A stretch of 51,559 nt of DNA from a virus. Lineage: Duplodnaviria; Caudoviricetes. The position numbers and the translations under genes were made by a program. The DNA lies in the IMG/VR virus record IMGVR_UViG_3300021963_000176, positions 1 through 51,559 of that record, one strand, 5' to 3'. Numbering within the stretch: position 1 is the stretch's first letter; every line of letters starts with the position of its first letter. Of the stretch, positions 38,401-47,140 are shown piece after piece. The notes under the pieces were generated by a model, which was given only the letters and a program-made list of their open reading frames with translations, had not been told where the DNA came from and ran no database searches.

Positions 38401-41400
38401 TAAGTTCCCAAGAGTTAACCTTCACTATGATCATAGTGGTGCTGGTGCAGCTAACACTACTACTCTCAGAAACTTAACTAAGTCAACTGGTACTGGTTCG
38501 ACAGGTAAAGTTACTTTAGTTCCTGTTACCGATAACATTTTCAAACTCTTCCAACCTGGAACAACTATTCCTACTGGAAACCCAACAATTCAACTTTGGA
38601 TTGGTACAGCAGCTGCTAGAGCAACAACTACCGTTGCTGGTCCTCTGGGTGTTACTCAAGTACAGTTCAAGACACAAGCTCTTACAACTATCCCGAACTT
38701 GAATTCAAACAGAATTGTCATTCCAGTACAAAACCAACCATTTGTGGAAGGTGATCTTGTAAGATACGATACTCAAGGTGGTACTACAATTGGAAGTACT
38801 TTTGCTGGAGTACCAGGACTTGAAAATGGTTCTGTATATTCAACAAGAAACGTAACCAAAAATACTTTTATTTCGGTTGGATTAGCAACAACAAGAACTT
38901 TTGATAGTGATGCTACAAATCTTGAATTAAATGGCACTATTGGAAGTGCTATCTCTGCGGGAGATATTCTACAAGTTGGCTACGACCTCGGAAACGAGCA
39001 AATGCAAGTAACGACTGTTAGCGGTTCTACCATTACAGTTGCTAGAGGATACGGCGGCACAACTGCAAGAATTATTGCGGAAAATCAAACTATCTACAAA
39101 GTGTTCGGAAGCTTCCAGCTTTATACAAAAGAGGTACTTCCTCCTCGTGTATTCACTGTAACAACTGCAGGAACTCCACCTGGAATCGATGCAGCTGCAG
39201 ATACATATTTTGTTTCCACAGGTCACTTCTTAAAAACTGGTGATGCACTCTTAATGACTGCTGGTGCTGGTACAAACCCAATTAATGGTGTTGCTCTTGG
39301 AACTGGAGTTAATGCATTCCCTCTCACAGTATATGCAATTGTTGTCAGCGATCAGGTATTCAAGATTGCTCCAACGAGAGAAGCAGCTTATTCGGACTTC
39401 GCAATTGATATTACAGCAACTAATGCAACATTTATTCAATTAACTGAATCAATTCCTTTAAAATCACTGATTAGTTCCTCAGATCCAAACCATAAGTTAC
39501 TTAATGTTTCTTCGACAGGTTCAATTGATGGTCCTTTCTACGCTAATAGCGTAACATCAAAAACTCTCAATCTCAGATCACTCAATAATCAATCTCTCAC
39601 TGTTCCTGACAGAGAAATTTTCTTCAGTCCATTGAAGAATGTTGACCTTGAGAATGGTACATTTGTTTATAATAATCACGGGTTTACTACTGGTGCAAAA
39701 ATTATCTATTCTAAAAATGATAATGCACTTGAGATTGGAAGAGGAACATCTAATTCACATCCAAGGTCTGGATATAATGCCCTTTATGATCTTGCAATCA
39801 CTGGGGTATCTGGAGATGGCACTAATGTAACTTATACTTATGCCACTACAAGAATTGAAGCTTTTGCTCATAATGATACTGTTAATATTGTAGGTATTAC
39901 GGGAACTGGTGCATCAGGTTATAATGGTACTTTTAAAGTAGTTTCATGTACTGCAACTTCAGTAACTGTTGCAAATACGACAACTGGAGGAACACCTGTA
40001 ACTACTAATGCAAGTTTGAGAGGCGTCTATTTTGCAATTAGAAATAGCGCAAATACTTTCCAATTGGCAAAAACTAAACAGGATGCTCTGAATAGAAAAC
40101 CAATCATTAGATTTTCTTCTCCTGGAAGCACACCACTTGAACCAGTTGAGTTTGCCATTACTAATATTGCAAGAGCTTCTAATACTGCGACAATTACCAC
40201 TGCTGCACATGGTTTAACTGTAGGAACTACATTTACTGCAAGTATTATTGACATTCAAACAGTTGGTTTTAATACTTTTGATGTTACTAATGTAACTGTT
40301 ACTGTTGCAAGTGCAACAACATTTACATATCCAAACACTGGTGCAGTTGTTACAACTACTGCAGTTCTTGGTAGAATGGCAATTGGTGGTGTTAACTCAA
40401 AAGGACATAAATTTATCAGTTCACAAGTATTTGGAGAAAGTCTTGGAAATGGAGTAGGAACAATCGTTGCTCGTGATAATATCATTAATGGTTCATCTGC
40501 TGCTGCGATTTCATCTGCTGCTGATAGATTGATTTTAACTAACCATGGTTTTGTTACGGGAGACCGTGTAATTTATCAGGTATGGGGTAATGGTTCACCT
40601 ATTGCTGGTCTCATCAGTGGTAGACAATATTTCATTAATAACACAGTAAACCCATTCACTAGTGGTCCTCTCGCAAGAGGTGGTGCTGCAAGTGGTCAGT
40701 CAGCTGGTCAATTCTCCCTCCATAACTCATGGGTGGGTGCTTATACAAATACAGACCTTGTTGATATTCTGGGTGTTGGTAAAGGAACACTTCACCAAAT
40801 TAAACTGACAAACCCAACACTGAAAGGAACTACATTTAAAGGAGAGTGGAGTTCTGCAGATAACTACGTTTATGGTGATGTAGTATTGTTCCGTGGTGAC
40901 TATTACATGTCAATTAGCGGTAACTTAAATACTACCTTCTTTAATAATAATCAGCAACCAATTGATAATAACGCAGTATATAATAACCACTGGATGTTGC
41001 TTCCAACTCTGCCATCCTATACTACTAAGTTCCTTGCTCAGTATAAAGGAAATGACATTGTTAGAATTACCAATACAATTCCAGTAAGAACTGTTCCTTT
41101 CGCAGGAAACGCAGTAAGTACTTCAACTGGTGTATTTACAGTAAACAACCACAACTTATCAACTGGTGATGCTGTATTCTATCGTACAGATACTCAAGGT
41201 GGTGGGCACGCAGGTACTTCTCCTTTAGCAAATAACTACACTGGAGGTCTCCCACAAAGACCAGCAGCTGGTTCTAACTTAACTACTAACAATGATAAGT
41301 TGATTGCAAATGCTGTTTACTATGTAAACGTACTTGGTGTTAATAACTTTACCCTCCATAGTTCACCATCTGGTGCTTGGAATGGTAATAGCTATAGCTC

Positions 41401-43963
41401 AACTGCTAACCTTTACACAACTGGTATTGCAATTACGAACATCGCAAGAACATCCAACGTTGCTACAATCACAACTGCAGCACATAACTTAGTTCTTAAC
41501 CAGACATATCTTGCTACAATTGATGTTACTACAGGTGGTCAGGATAGCTTTGATGCTCAGTTCGTAACTGTTACTGCTGCTACATCAACTACAATCACAT
41601 ATTATAATGCTGGTTCAAACGTAACTTCTCAAGCTGGTGCTGGTACTCTGAGAATTATTGATACTACTGATATTATTGTTCCTGGAACTGCTTTTGCTGG
41701 TACAGGTACAACTCATAGATTAGAGAAGATTGAGGGTCTCGTTTATTCATCTACTGTAGTTGCTGTTAATAACGACTCAGAAATGGTCGTAACTGACCCA
41801 TATCCTTCAAGACAGATTACGTTCAATCCACAAGAAAACTTAATTGCTGTCAATGGACTGGTAACATCAGTAGTTAACTTAGAGAGAGAAGAACTTTATA
41901 TTCATAATCACGGCCTGAATACTGGTACTAAAGTTTACTACTCCGCTGGATTTAATATTGGATTACCTATCGGTGGTCTCGTTGAAGGTGGTACGTACTT
42001 CGTACACAAGGTAAATGATAATATCATTAAACTTTGCGGTGACGGCAACCCAGCAAACTCTCTGACATCACTCTCTAACGCATTCCTTGGTTCTGCTGTT
42101 AACTTAACAAGCACAGGTCAAGGTTTCAACCATTATCTGATTGTTGCTACTTCTTGCGGTAGTTCCAACATTCGTTATACTTCATCAGGTGCTTTATCTG
42201 CTGATGGTCAAGGAACTGGTGCTGGCAATGCTGGTATCGCAAGTGCTAATTATTACACTGGTCAGGTATCTGCACATATCAGAGACGGCGTAATCCAGGC
42301 TCTTCCTTTCCTTTACAGAACAGAAGCATATGTAAGATCAAACTGTCTCAATTTACACAGACCATTTGATGGTGGTGTTGAAATTCAAGCAGCGAAGAAT
42401 CCTCAAGTTTCGATCACAAGACAAACGAGAAGATACTTCCGTTATCAGTCAGGTAAAGGTCTCCAGTATTCAACTGGTATGAGTTTTAGTCCTTCACTGG
42501 ATGTTTCACACATCACTCATGATGGTTCTACTTACGCAACAGTTGTAACTAGAAAACCACACAACCTGAGTGCTGGAAATAAAATTATTGTTGAAAGTGT
42601 AGAAGTTACTTCTGGTTCAAACACTCCTTATATTACTCCATCAAACGGACAATACTTCACAGTATTCAATGTCATTGATGAATTTACATTTAGATATGCT
42701 ACAAATGGTGTTCCTACTGATTTAGCACCATCTGGATTCCCTGCACTGTTTGTTTATGAATGGCAAGATGCTTATGTAAGAGCAGGTATGTTTGATGACC
42801 AGAACGGTATGTTCTATGAGTATGATGGTCAGCAACTCTGGTGTGTGAGAAGAAATTCAACTTCTCAACTCGGTGGTGTCGTATCAGTAGTTCAAAATAG
42901 CAACTCTATCACAGGTACTAATACCAAATTCACAAAGCAACTTGCTGCTGGTGATAAGATTGTTGTTCGTGGTATGTCGTATAAGGTAACTTCGATAGAA
43001 TCTGATACTTCTATCCATATTTCGCCTGCATATAGAGGAACAACTGGAAATAGAATTATCATGACTAAGACAATTGACCTTCGTGTTCCCCAATCGCAGT
43101 GGAATATTGATAAGTGTGATGGTAATGGTCCTAGCGGATTCAAACTGAATATTCATAGAATGCAAATGGCATACATGGATTATTCCTGGTATGGTGCTGG
43201 TAAGGTTCGCTTTGGATTCAAGGGCAAAGATGGTATGGTAATGTATGTACATGAATTTGTACATAACAACAAAGAGAATGAAGCATACCTCCGTTCAGGT
43301 AACCTGCCTGCTCGTTATGAAATTGAAAATGGTGCTAACCCAACCTACGCACCATCCCTCTACCACTGGGGTGCTTCTGTAATCATGGATGGTGGATTTG
43401 AGGATGATAAGGCATACCTGTTCACTGTTGCATCAGGTTCTCAGGGTTCTGACACACTTTCTGTTCCACAAACTCTTGCTGGTACACCAGTACCTATTCT
43501 TTCGCTGAGACTGGCACCTTCCGTTGACAGTTCGATTGTAGGAAGATTGGGAGACAGAGATTTAATCAATAGAATGATTCTTGCACCATCTTCTTGCGGT
43601 ATCGTTATTGGTAATACAAATAACAGACCTGCATCGGTTCGTTTGATTCTGAATGGTAGCTTGTCGCAATCAGCATACTTCACTAACTATGGTACACCTT
43701 CATTGACTCAAGTTATTAAGCACACTGGTCAGGCTGCTGACAGTATTACTGGTGGTGTTACAATTTATGAGTTCCGTGCTCCTGTTAACTCACCTGTTCA
43801 GCAAGAACTTGATAAACTGCTTGAACTTAGCAACAGTATTCTTGGTGGTGATTATGTATTCCCCAATGGACCTGACATTCTTACCCTCGCGGTAGTTCCA
43901 ACTGATACTGCAGCAGCAACAACTGTTACTGCAAGATTTACCTGGACTGAATCTCAGGCATAA
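35450..43963 (+). CDS. Giant virion structural or receptor-binding protein, 2837 aa; lectin-like core with many HG-beta-barrel inserts
   Basis: N-terminal LLLITNVT.N..LYNF; DPV.K.RVS.P..LIDTDFEYGLQ..KWE; C-terminal RQTRRYFRYQSGK...YSWYGAG.VRFG...YLRSGNLP.RYE; repeated HG(L/F).TG..V.Y modules. Confidence 0.8.
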   Translation: MAKKLNFYYTFTPSTRTIVVNGNVSRKKLLLITNVTRNEVLYNFAQPSRGASSINYNADTDQTTIVLVYDTATNGHNANDVLQIFSEEDAQVFKPEEFIVDPVSKFRVSQPNTLIDTDFEYGLQSSKWETLERVNNIASFYSIAGDTPVTGIVDVTTNGTKEVVVTTSTAHGLPTGMPIDVRGLTSITAEGTFLVRKTTDYQFIYETAVVQPGTASIPATLLTPYTNIITGRFYINAAINLDNAAENESGPIETDGASPSTLKMTTSYDHGFNQNAPFYLTNTLGNTATEFDPASVEFDGNVDDRVAFEFDTGYFNPYEPEHDGFKIRTCLVSAINTTAHTITIPNHGLKTGDPVAFLGSTWSQVPQITAVGTGRFQIPAGNLPFFNNGSISGGDASSWLYVTVLDKDTFRVCTNPQSAFDGTDGIQFNPGSGTWAANPNETLTFSLTTKRGYDIQSDILNIRTISGSSEVRVALGKSCRELNIYPEMQITIDDCGVTSLNGVYVVKEVPTNGAWSTEVFNELDKHFIMEGPTDNTGTFVNQTLNKTYTTSNTSASTDVLLLASTFERTFSPTITTVSGSTLIVDSMQLLGDGNLPTRVGSTVRFTNVGSLTGVVVNTNYFVSAVTQTSITLSSTNPSVSVTPLTLGGTVGAAAAKVFMTGLEVEVHDASNSWLNHNRLSTHDWCSINAKMFTRECISTTLDRIYSKNHGLKEGTPVIFIGGGNTFTTLTGSPSLPTESSTGSIIYYVSRVTNDEFELYLNAPDLWDGANEYGAWSSSGARGSRMTLSPTGTPSVQANTWSGGIYQLHPGFIVNTFTATATTGSGSGRNAVLGQYNKLPAYITEKAPVVFKSNNGSTISAPLVATPDTYQSYQKYYVKSPQSNIANSNTPSGKGEFAVSISEEGSPIVFTGAPTIGAGKFFATRIFENRYSNSFYIPYHGGIAGRRTAYVTGAFGGSTDTAPLFPAKAGFPKPVAEYLTDSNGIKFPRVNLHYDHSGAGAANTTTLRNLTKSTGTGSTGKVTLVPVTDNIFKLFQPGTTIPTGNPTIQLWIGTAAARATTTVAGPLGVTQVQFKTQALTTIPNLNSNRIVIPVQNQPFVEGDLVRYDTQGGTTIGSTFAGVPGLENGSVYSTRNVTKNTFISVGLATTRTFDSDATNLELNGTIGSAISAGDILQVGYDLGNEQMQVTTVSGSTITVARGYGGTTARIIAENQTIYKVFGSFQLYTKEVLPPRVFTVTTAGTPPGIDAAADTYFVSTGHFLKTGDALLMTAGAGTNPINGVALGTGVNAFPLTVYAIVVSDQVFKIAPTREAAYSDFAIDITATNATFIQLTESIPLKSLISSSDPNHKLLNVSSTGSIDGPFYANSVTSKTLNLRSLNNQSLTVPDREIFFSPLKNVDLENGTFVYNNHGFTTGAKIIYSKNDNALEIGRGTSNSHPRSGYNALYDLAITGVSGDGTNVTYTYATTRIEAFAHNDTVNIVGITGTGASGYNGTFKVVSCTATSVTVANTTTGGTPVTTNASLRGVYFAIRNSANTFQLAKTKQDALNRKPIIRFSSPGSTPLEPVEFAITNIARASNTATITTAAHGLTVGTTFTASIIDIQTVGFNTFDVTNVTVTVASATTFTYPNTGAVVTTTAVLGRMAIGGVNSKGHKFISSQVFGESLGNGVGTIVARDNIINGSSAAAISSAADRLILTNHGFVTGDRVIYQVWGNGSPIAGLISGRQYFINNTVNPFTSGPLARGGAASGQSAGQFSLHNSWVGAYTNTDLVDILGVGKGTLHQIKLTNPTLKGTTFKGEWSSADNYVYGDVVLFRGDYYMSISGNLNTTFFNNNQQPIDNNAVYNNHWMLLPTLPSYTTKFLAQYKGNDIVRITNTIPVRTVPFAGNAVSTSTGVFTVNNHNLSTGDAVFYRTDTQGGGHAGTSPLANNYTGGLPQRPAAGSNLTTNNDKLIANAVYYVNVLGVNNFTLHSSPSGAWNGNSYSSTANLYTTGIAITNIARTSNVATITTAAHNLVLNQTYLATIDVTTGGQDSFDAQFVTVTAATSTTITYYNAGSNVTSQAGAGTLRIIDTTDIIVPGTAFAGTGTTHRLEKIEGLVYSSTVVAVNNDSEMVVTDPYPSRQITFNPQENLIAVNGLVTSVVNLEREELYIHNHGLNTGTKVYYSAGFNIGLPIGGLVEGGTYFVHKVNDNIIKLCGDGNPANSLTSLSNAFLGSAVNLTSTGQGFNHYLIVATSCGSSNIRYTSSGALSADGQGTGAGNAGIASANYYTGQVSAHIRDGVIQALPFLYRTEAYVRSNCLNLHRPFDGGVEIQAAKNPQVSITRQTRRYFRYQSGKGLQYSTGMSFSPSLDVSHITHDGSTYATVVTRKPHNLSAGNKIIVESVEVTSGSNTPYITPSNGQYFTVFNVIDEFTFRYATNGVPTDLAPSGFPALFVYEWQDAYVRAGMFDDQNGMFYEYDGQQLWCVRRNSTSQLGGVVSVVQNSNSITGTNTKFTKQLAAGDKIVVRGMSYKVTSIESDTSIHISPAYRGTTGNRIIMTKTIDLRVPQSQWNIDKCDGNGPSGFKLNIHRMQMAYMDYSWYGAGKVRFGFKGKDGMVMYVHEFVHNNKENEAYLRSGNLPARYEIENGANPTYAPSLYHWGASVIMDGGFEDDKAYLFTVASGSQGSDTLSVPQTLAGTPVPILSLRLAPSVDSSIVGRLGDRDLINRMILAPSSCGIVIGNTNNRPASVRLILNGSLSQSAYFTNYGTPSLTQVIKHTGQAADSITGGVTIYEFRAPVNSPVQQELDKLLELSNSILGGDYVFPNGPDILTLAVVPTDTAAATTVTARFTWTESQA

Positions 43964-43983
43964 TAAATACTAGACAACTAGTT

Positions 43984-43991
43984 TATAAATA
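43984..43991 (+). promoter_or_regulatory. T4-type late promoter overlapping the terminator's 5' arm
   Basis: Exact TATAAATA; an additional AATAAATA at 43962-69. Confidence 0.8.
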
Positions 43992-44018
43992 CCTCTAGGA
44001 AACTAGGGGTATTTTTTT
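43987..44018 (+). terminator. Intrinsic terminator before gp13
   Basis: AAATACCTCTAG - GAAA tetraloop - CTAGGGGTATTT (one G-U pair), followed by a T run. Confidence 0.88.
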
Positions 44019-44022
44019 ATTC

Positions 44023-44817
44023 ATGGCTCGTCCCGCCTCACGTCAACAACTAATTGATTATTGTCTTCGCAAGCTTGGTTTTCCAGTGCTTGAAATTAAT
44101 GTAGATGACGATCAGATTGAAGACGCAATTGATGATGCAATTCAATTCTTCCAAGAACGTCATTTTGATGGCAGTATTCGCACTATTTTAAAATTAGAAA
44201 TAACTGATAATGTTGTGCAATCTGCCAAAACAAATACTACAGTATCTGGAACAACATTCTTAGAGCAAAATAATTATATTACTATCCCAAATCATATTCT
44301 TGGAATTACTCAAGTATATGCACAAGATAATAGTGTATCGTCAGTATCAGGAAATATTTTCAGTATTAAATATCAATTATTCTTAAATGATTTCTATAAT
44401 TTCGGTTCAATGGAAATCTTAAACTACTATATGATTAAAAGTTACCTAGAAACTCTTGATTGGGTATTATCTAATTTTAAACCAGTTCGTTTTAATAAGA
44501 GAGAAAATAAACTCTGGATTGATACTGATTACGATCAACTAACATCAGGAAATTTCTTACTGATTGATTGTTATAGAATGCTTGACCCCACAGAAAGCAC
44601 AGAAGTTTGGAATGATGTATGGTTGAAACGTTATGCTACAGCACTTATCAAACGTCAGTGGGGACAAAATTTAATTAAGTTTAGAAATGTATCTCTTCCT
44701 GGTGGCATCACATTGAATGGCAGAGAAATTTATGAAGATGCGGAAGCAGAAATTGAAAAGATTATGACAGAATTCCAACTGGCAGCAGAACTTCCTCCAC
44801 TGGATATGATTGGATAA
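44023..44817 (+). CDS. gp13: Neck protein gp13
   Basis: P.SR..LIDYCLR.LG.PVLEINVDDDQ.ED.IDDA.Q.F.E.HFDG; WLKRYATALIK.QWG.NL.KF..V.LPGG.TLNG. Confidence 0.95.
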   Translation: MARPASRQQLIDYCLRKLGFPVLEINVDDDQIEDAIDDAIQFFQERHFDGSIRTILKLEITDNVVQSAKTNTTVSGTTFLEQNNYITIPNHILGITQVYAQDNSVSSVSGNIFSIKYQLFLNDFYNFGSMEILNYYMIKSYLETLDWVLSNFKPVRFNKRENKLWIDTDYDQLTSGNFLLIDCYRMLDPTESTEVWNDVWLKRYATALIKRQWGQNLIKFRNVSLPGGITLNGREIYEDAEAEIEKIMTEFQLAAELPPLDMIG

Positions 44818-45920
44818 TGGCAAGAAATCTTTATTTCACCCAAGGAACAAACGGTGAACAAAATCTAGTACAAGATTTGATTGACGAGCAAATCAAAATG
44901 TATGGGATTGAATGTTATTACATTCCCAGAAAAGTTTATGAGGATAAACTATGGAATGATATTTATTATTCACAATATCGTGACAGTTATCTCATTGAAA
45001 TGTATCTTGAGAACTTTGAGAATTTTGGCGGAAAGGGAGATATGCTTTCCAAGTTTGGATTACGTGTAACTGATGAAGTAACTCTCACTGTATCACGTCG
45101 CAGATGGAAAGATTTTGTAGATTTAGCAACAAATAAAATTGTTGGTGGCAGACCTAATGATGGCGATTTAATTTATTTTCCATTAAATCAAACTGTATTT
45201 GAAATCAAATATGTAGAAAATCAAAAACCTTTCTACCAACTAAATAATTTGTACATCTATACGATGACCTGTGAAATTTTTGAATATGGTGATAGTATAT
45301 TTGATACTGGTATTGAAAAAATTGACAATACAGAAAAAGAATCTGGAGTATTTCCAATTTATATGTTCCCGAATGGGTTTGGTCATTATAAACCTGATGA
45401 GAAAGTTATTGGTTCTAGATTTACAGCTACAGTATCTGCAGTTGTTCTTAGTGGTGGAACATTAGGCGATTTGACAATTACAAATCCTGGTGAAGGTTAT
45501 ACAACAGAACCTACAGTATTTTTCTACGATTCTATCGGAAACTATATTGATAGTAGCACTGCTACTATTTCTGGAGGTAGAGTTACTTTTGTTCCTCCTC
45601 CATCAATGATGCAAACATATTCTGGTGTCCCCAGTGTAGTTGTAGATGATTCTCCTAAGAATTATACTGCAAAAGTAGCAGAGTGGGAACCAACAGCAAG
45701 AGTATTGAACGTAGCATATATTACTGGCAATTTTGCACCAAATGAAACTGTGAAAGGTTTGGATTCTGGTGCTAAGTGGAAGGTTCAAAGTTATGATACT
45801 CTTGATATGATTGATAGTTATTCAGAAAATAGAATCATTGAAGATAATGGTGATTTAATTATTGACTTTACTGAAAGCAATCCTTTCGGTGAATACGGAG
45901 ACATTCAAGGTAGCTTCTAA
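44817..45920 (+). CDS. gp14: Neck protein gp14
   Basis: EQNLVQDL..EQI.MYG...YYIPR, LSKFG, RP..GDLIYFP....FEIK.VE...PFYQL, DF.E.NPFG. Confidence 0.93.
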   Translation: MARNLYFTQGTNGEQNLVQDLIDEQIKMYGIECYYIPRKVYEDKLWNDIYYSQYRDSYLIEMYLENFENFGGKGDMLSKFGLRVTDEVTLTVSRRRWKDFVDLATNKIVGGRPNDGDLIYFPLNQTVFEIKYVENQKPFYQLNNLYIYTMTCEIFEYGDSIFDTGIEKIDNTEKESGVFPIYMFPNGFGHYKPDEKVIGSRFTATVSAVVLSGGTLGDLTITNPGEGYTTEPTVFFYDSIGNYIDSSTATISGGRVTFVPPPSMMQTYSGVPSVVVDDSPKNYTAKVAEWEPTARVLNVAYITGNFAPNETVKGLDSGAKWKVQSYDTLDMIDSYSENRIIEDNGDLIIDFTESNPFGEYGDIQGSF

Positions 45921-46726
45921 TGTTAGGAACTTATTTTTATCACAAAATTATTCGCAAAACAGTTACCACATTTGGTACACTGTTTAATAATATTCAATTA
46001 AAAACTTTCGATGACCAAGGAAACTTTGTAAAACAAGAAAAGGTTCCTTTGGCATATGGTCCTGCTCAAAAGTTTTTAGCAAGACTACAGCAGGCACCTG
46101 ACCTTGACAGAAAATTTACCATCACAATTCCAAGAATGTCATTTGAAATGACAGGAATTTCTTATGATGGTAGTAGAAAAGTTCCACCAACTCAACTGAA
46201 TAGAGCACTTTCTGATGACAGTGGTTCTACTAACAGAAAGCAGTATATGCCAGTTCCCTATAATGTAGAGTTTGAACTGACAATTATTGCAAAAACTCAA
46301 GATGATGGTCTTCAAATTATAGAACAAATTTTACCATTCTTTCAACCACAATTTACTGTAACAGTAGAATTAATTCCTGAGATGAATGAAGTGCGTGATA
46401 TTCCTGTTATTTTAAATAGTGTAGATTACAGTGATGACTATGAAGGTGATTATAGCACAAGAAGATATATAACTTGGACACTTCGTTTTACTGCTAAGAC
46501 TTATCTATACGGTCCTGTTACTGCTGGTAATATTATTAAGAAATCTATCGCCAATATTAATATTGGAGATAAGGTTACTAATGCAAGAGTTCTTAAGTAT
46601 GAGGTTCAACCAGAAGCAATTACTGACCAAGATGGAGACAATGACGTGGATGCTGTTGATACAGCACTACTTACAGCAGAAGATGATTTTGGATTTAATG
46701 AAGGTATAGAATACTATGGACCATAA
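45920..46726 (+). CDS. gp15: Tail sheath stabiliser and completion protein gp15
   Basis: YFYH.IIRKT...FGTLFN.I, KVPLAYGP.QKFLAR, PRMSFE, PVPYN..FEL, QI.EQILP.FQP. Confidence 0.95.
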   Translation: MLGTYFYHKIIRKTVTTFGTLFNNIQLKTFDDQGNFVKQEKVPLAYGPAQKFLARLQQAPDLDRKFTITIPRMSFEMTGISYDGSRKVPPTQLNRALSDDSGSTNRKQYMPVPYNVEFELTIIAKTQDDGLQIIEQILPFFQPQFTVTVELIPEMNEVRDIPVILNSVDYSDDYEGDYSTRRYITWTLRFTAKTYLYGPVTAGNIIKKSIANINIGDKVTNARVLKYEVQPEAITDQDGDNDVDAVDTALLTAEDDFGFNEGIEYYGP

Positions 46727-47138
46727 ATTTCAAGAAAATATGGAAGACCTTTTTGATATTGAACCAGTAGAAACTGAAGTAGTTTCTACAAAACCGCCAG
46801 TTGAAAATGTAGAAGATATTGATGCTGACTATAAGTATGCCCGCACAGAACTTTATGAATTGATTCAGAAAGGTCAAGTTGCTATTGATGAACTGATTGA
46901 AGTTGCTCGTAGCAGCAATCATCCTAGAGCATATGAAGTTGCTTTCCAAGGTATTAAGAATGTTGCTGATATTACTGACAAGTTGGCAGACCTTCAAAAG
47001 AAAATGAAAGACATTAGAACAGAAGATAAAAAATCTCCTACTACTGTCAATAATACTATGTTTGTTGGTTCCACCGCAGACCTTGCGAAAATGTTAAAGA
47101 ACGCATCGAAAAACCTAAATAATCAAAAAGGCAAGTAA
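46716..47138 (+). CDS. gp16: Terminase small subunit gp16
   Basis: DY.Y.R..LY.LI.KG..AI......A..S.HPRAYEV, NN..FVGST.DL.K.L. Confidence 0.95.
   Translation: MDHKFQENMEDLFDIEPVETEVVSTKPPVENVEDIDADYKYARTELYELIQKGQVAIDELIEVARSSNHPRAYEVAFQGIKNVADITDKLADLQKKMKDIRTEDKKSPTTVNNTMFVGSTADLAKMLKNASKNLNNQKGK
47114..47121 (+). promoter_or_regulatory. Possible late promoter variant CCTAAATA
   Basis: CTAAATA core 20 nt before ATG 47141; lies within the gp16 coding end. Confidence 0.4.
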
Positions 47139-47140
47139 CG

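Noticed and set aside
14096-43963. Assigning T4 gp9, gp10, gp11, gp12 or wac names to genes between gp8 and gp13
   Set aside because: No recognisable motifs of those proteins; their replacement by unrelated large genes is usual in T4-like cyanophages.
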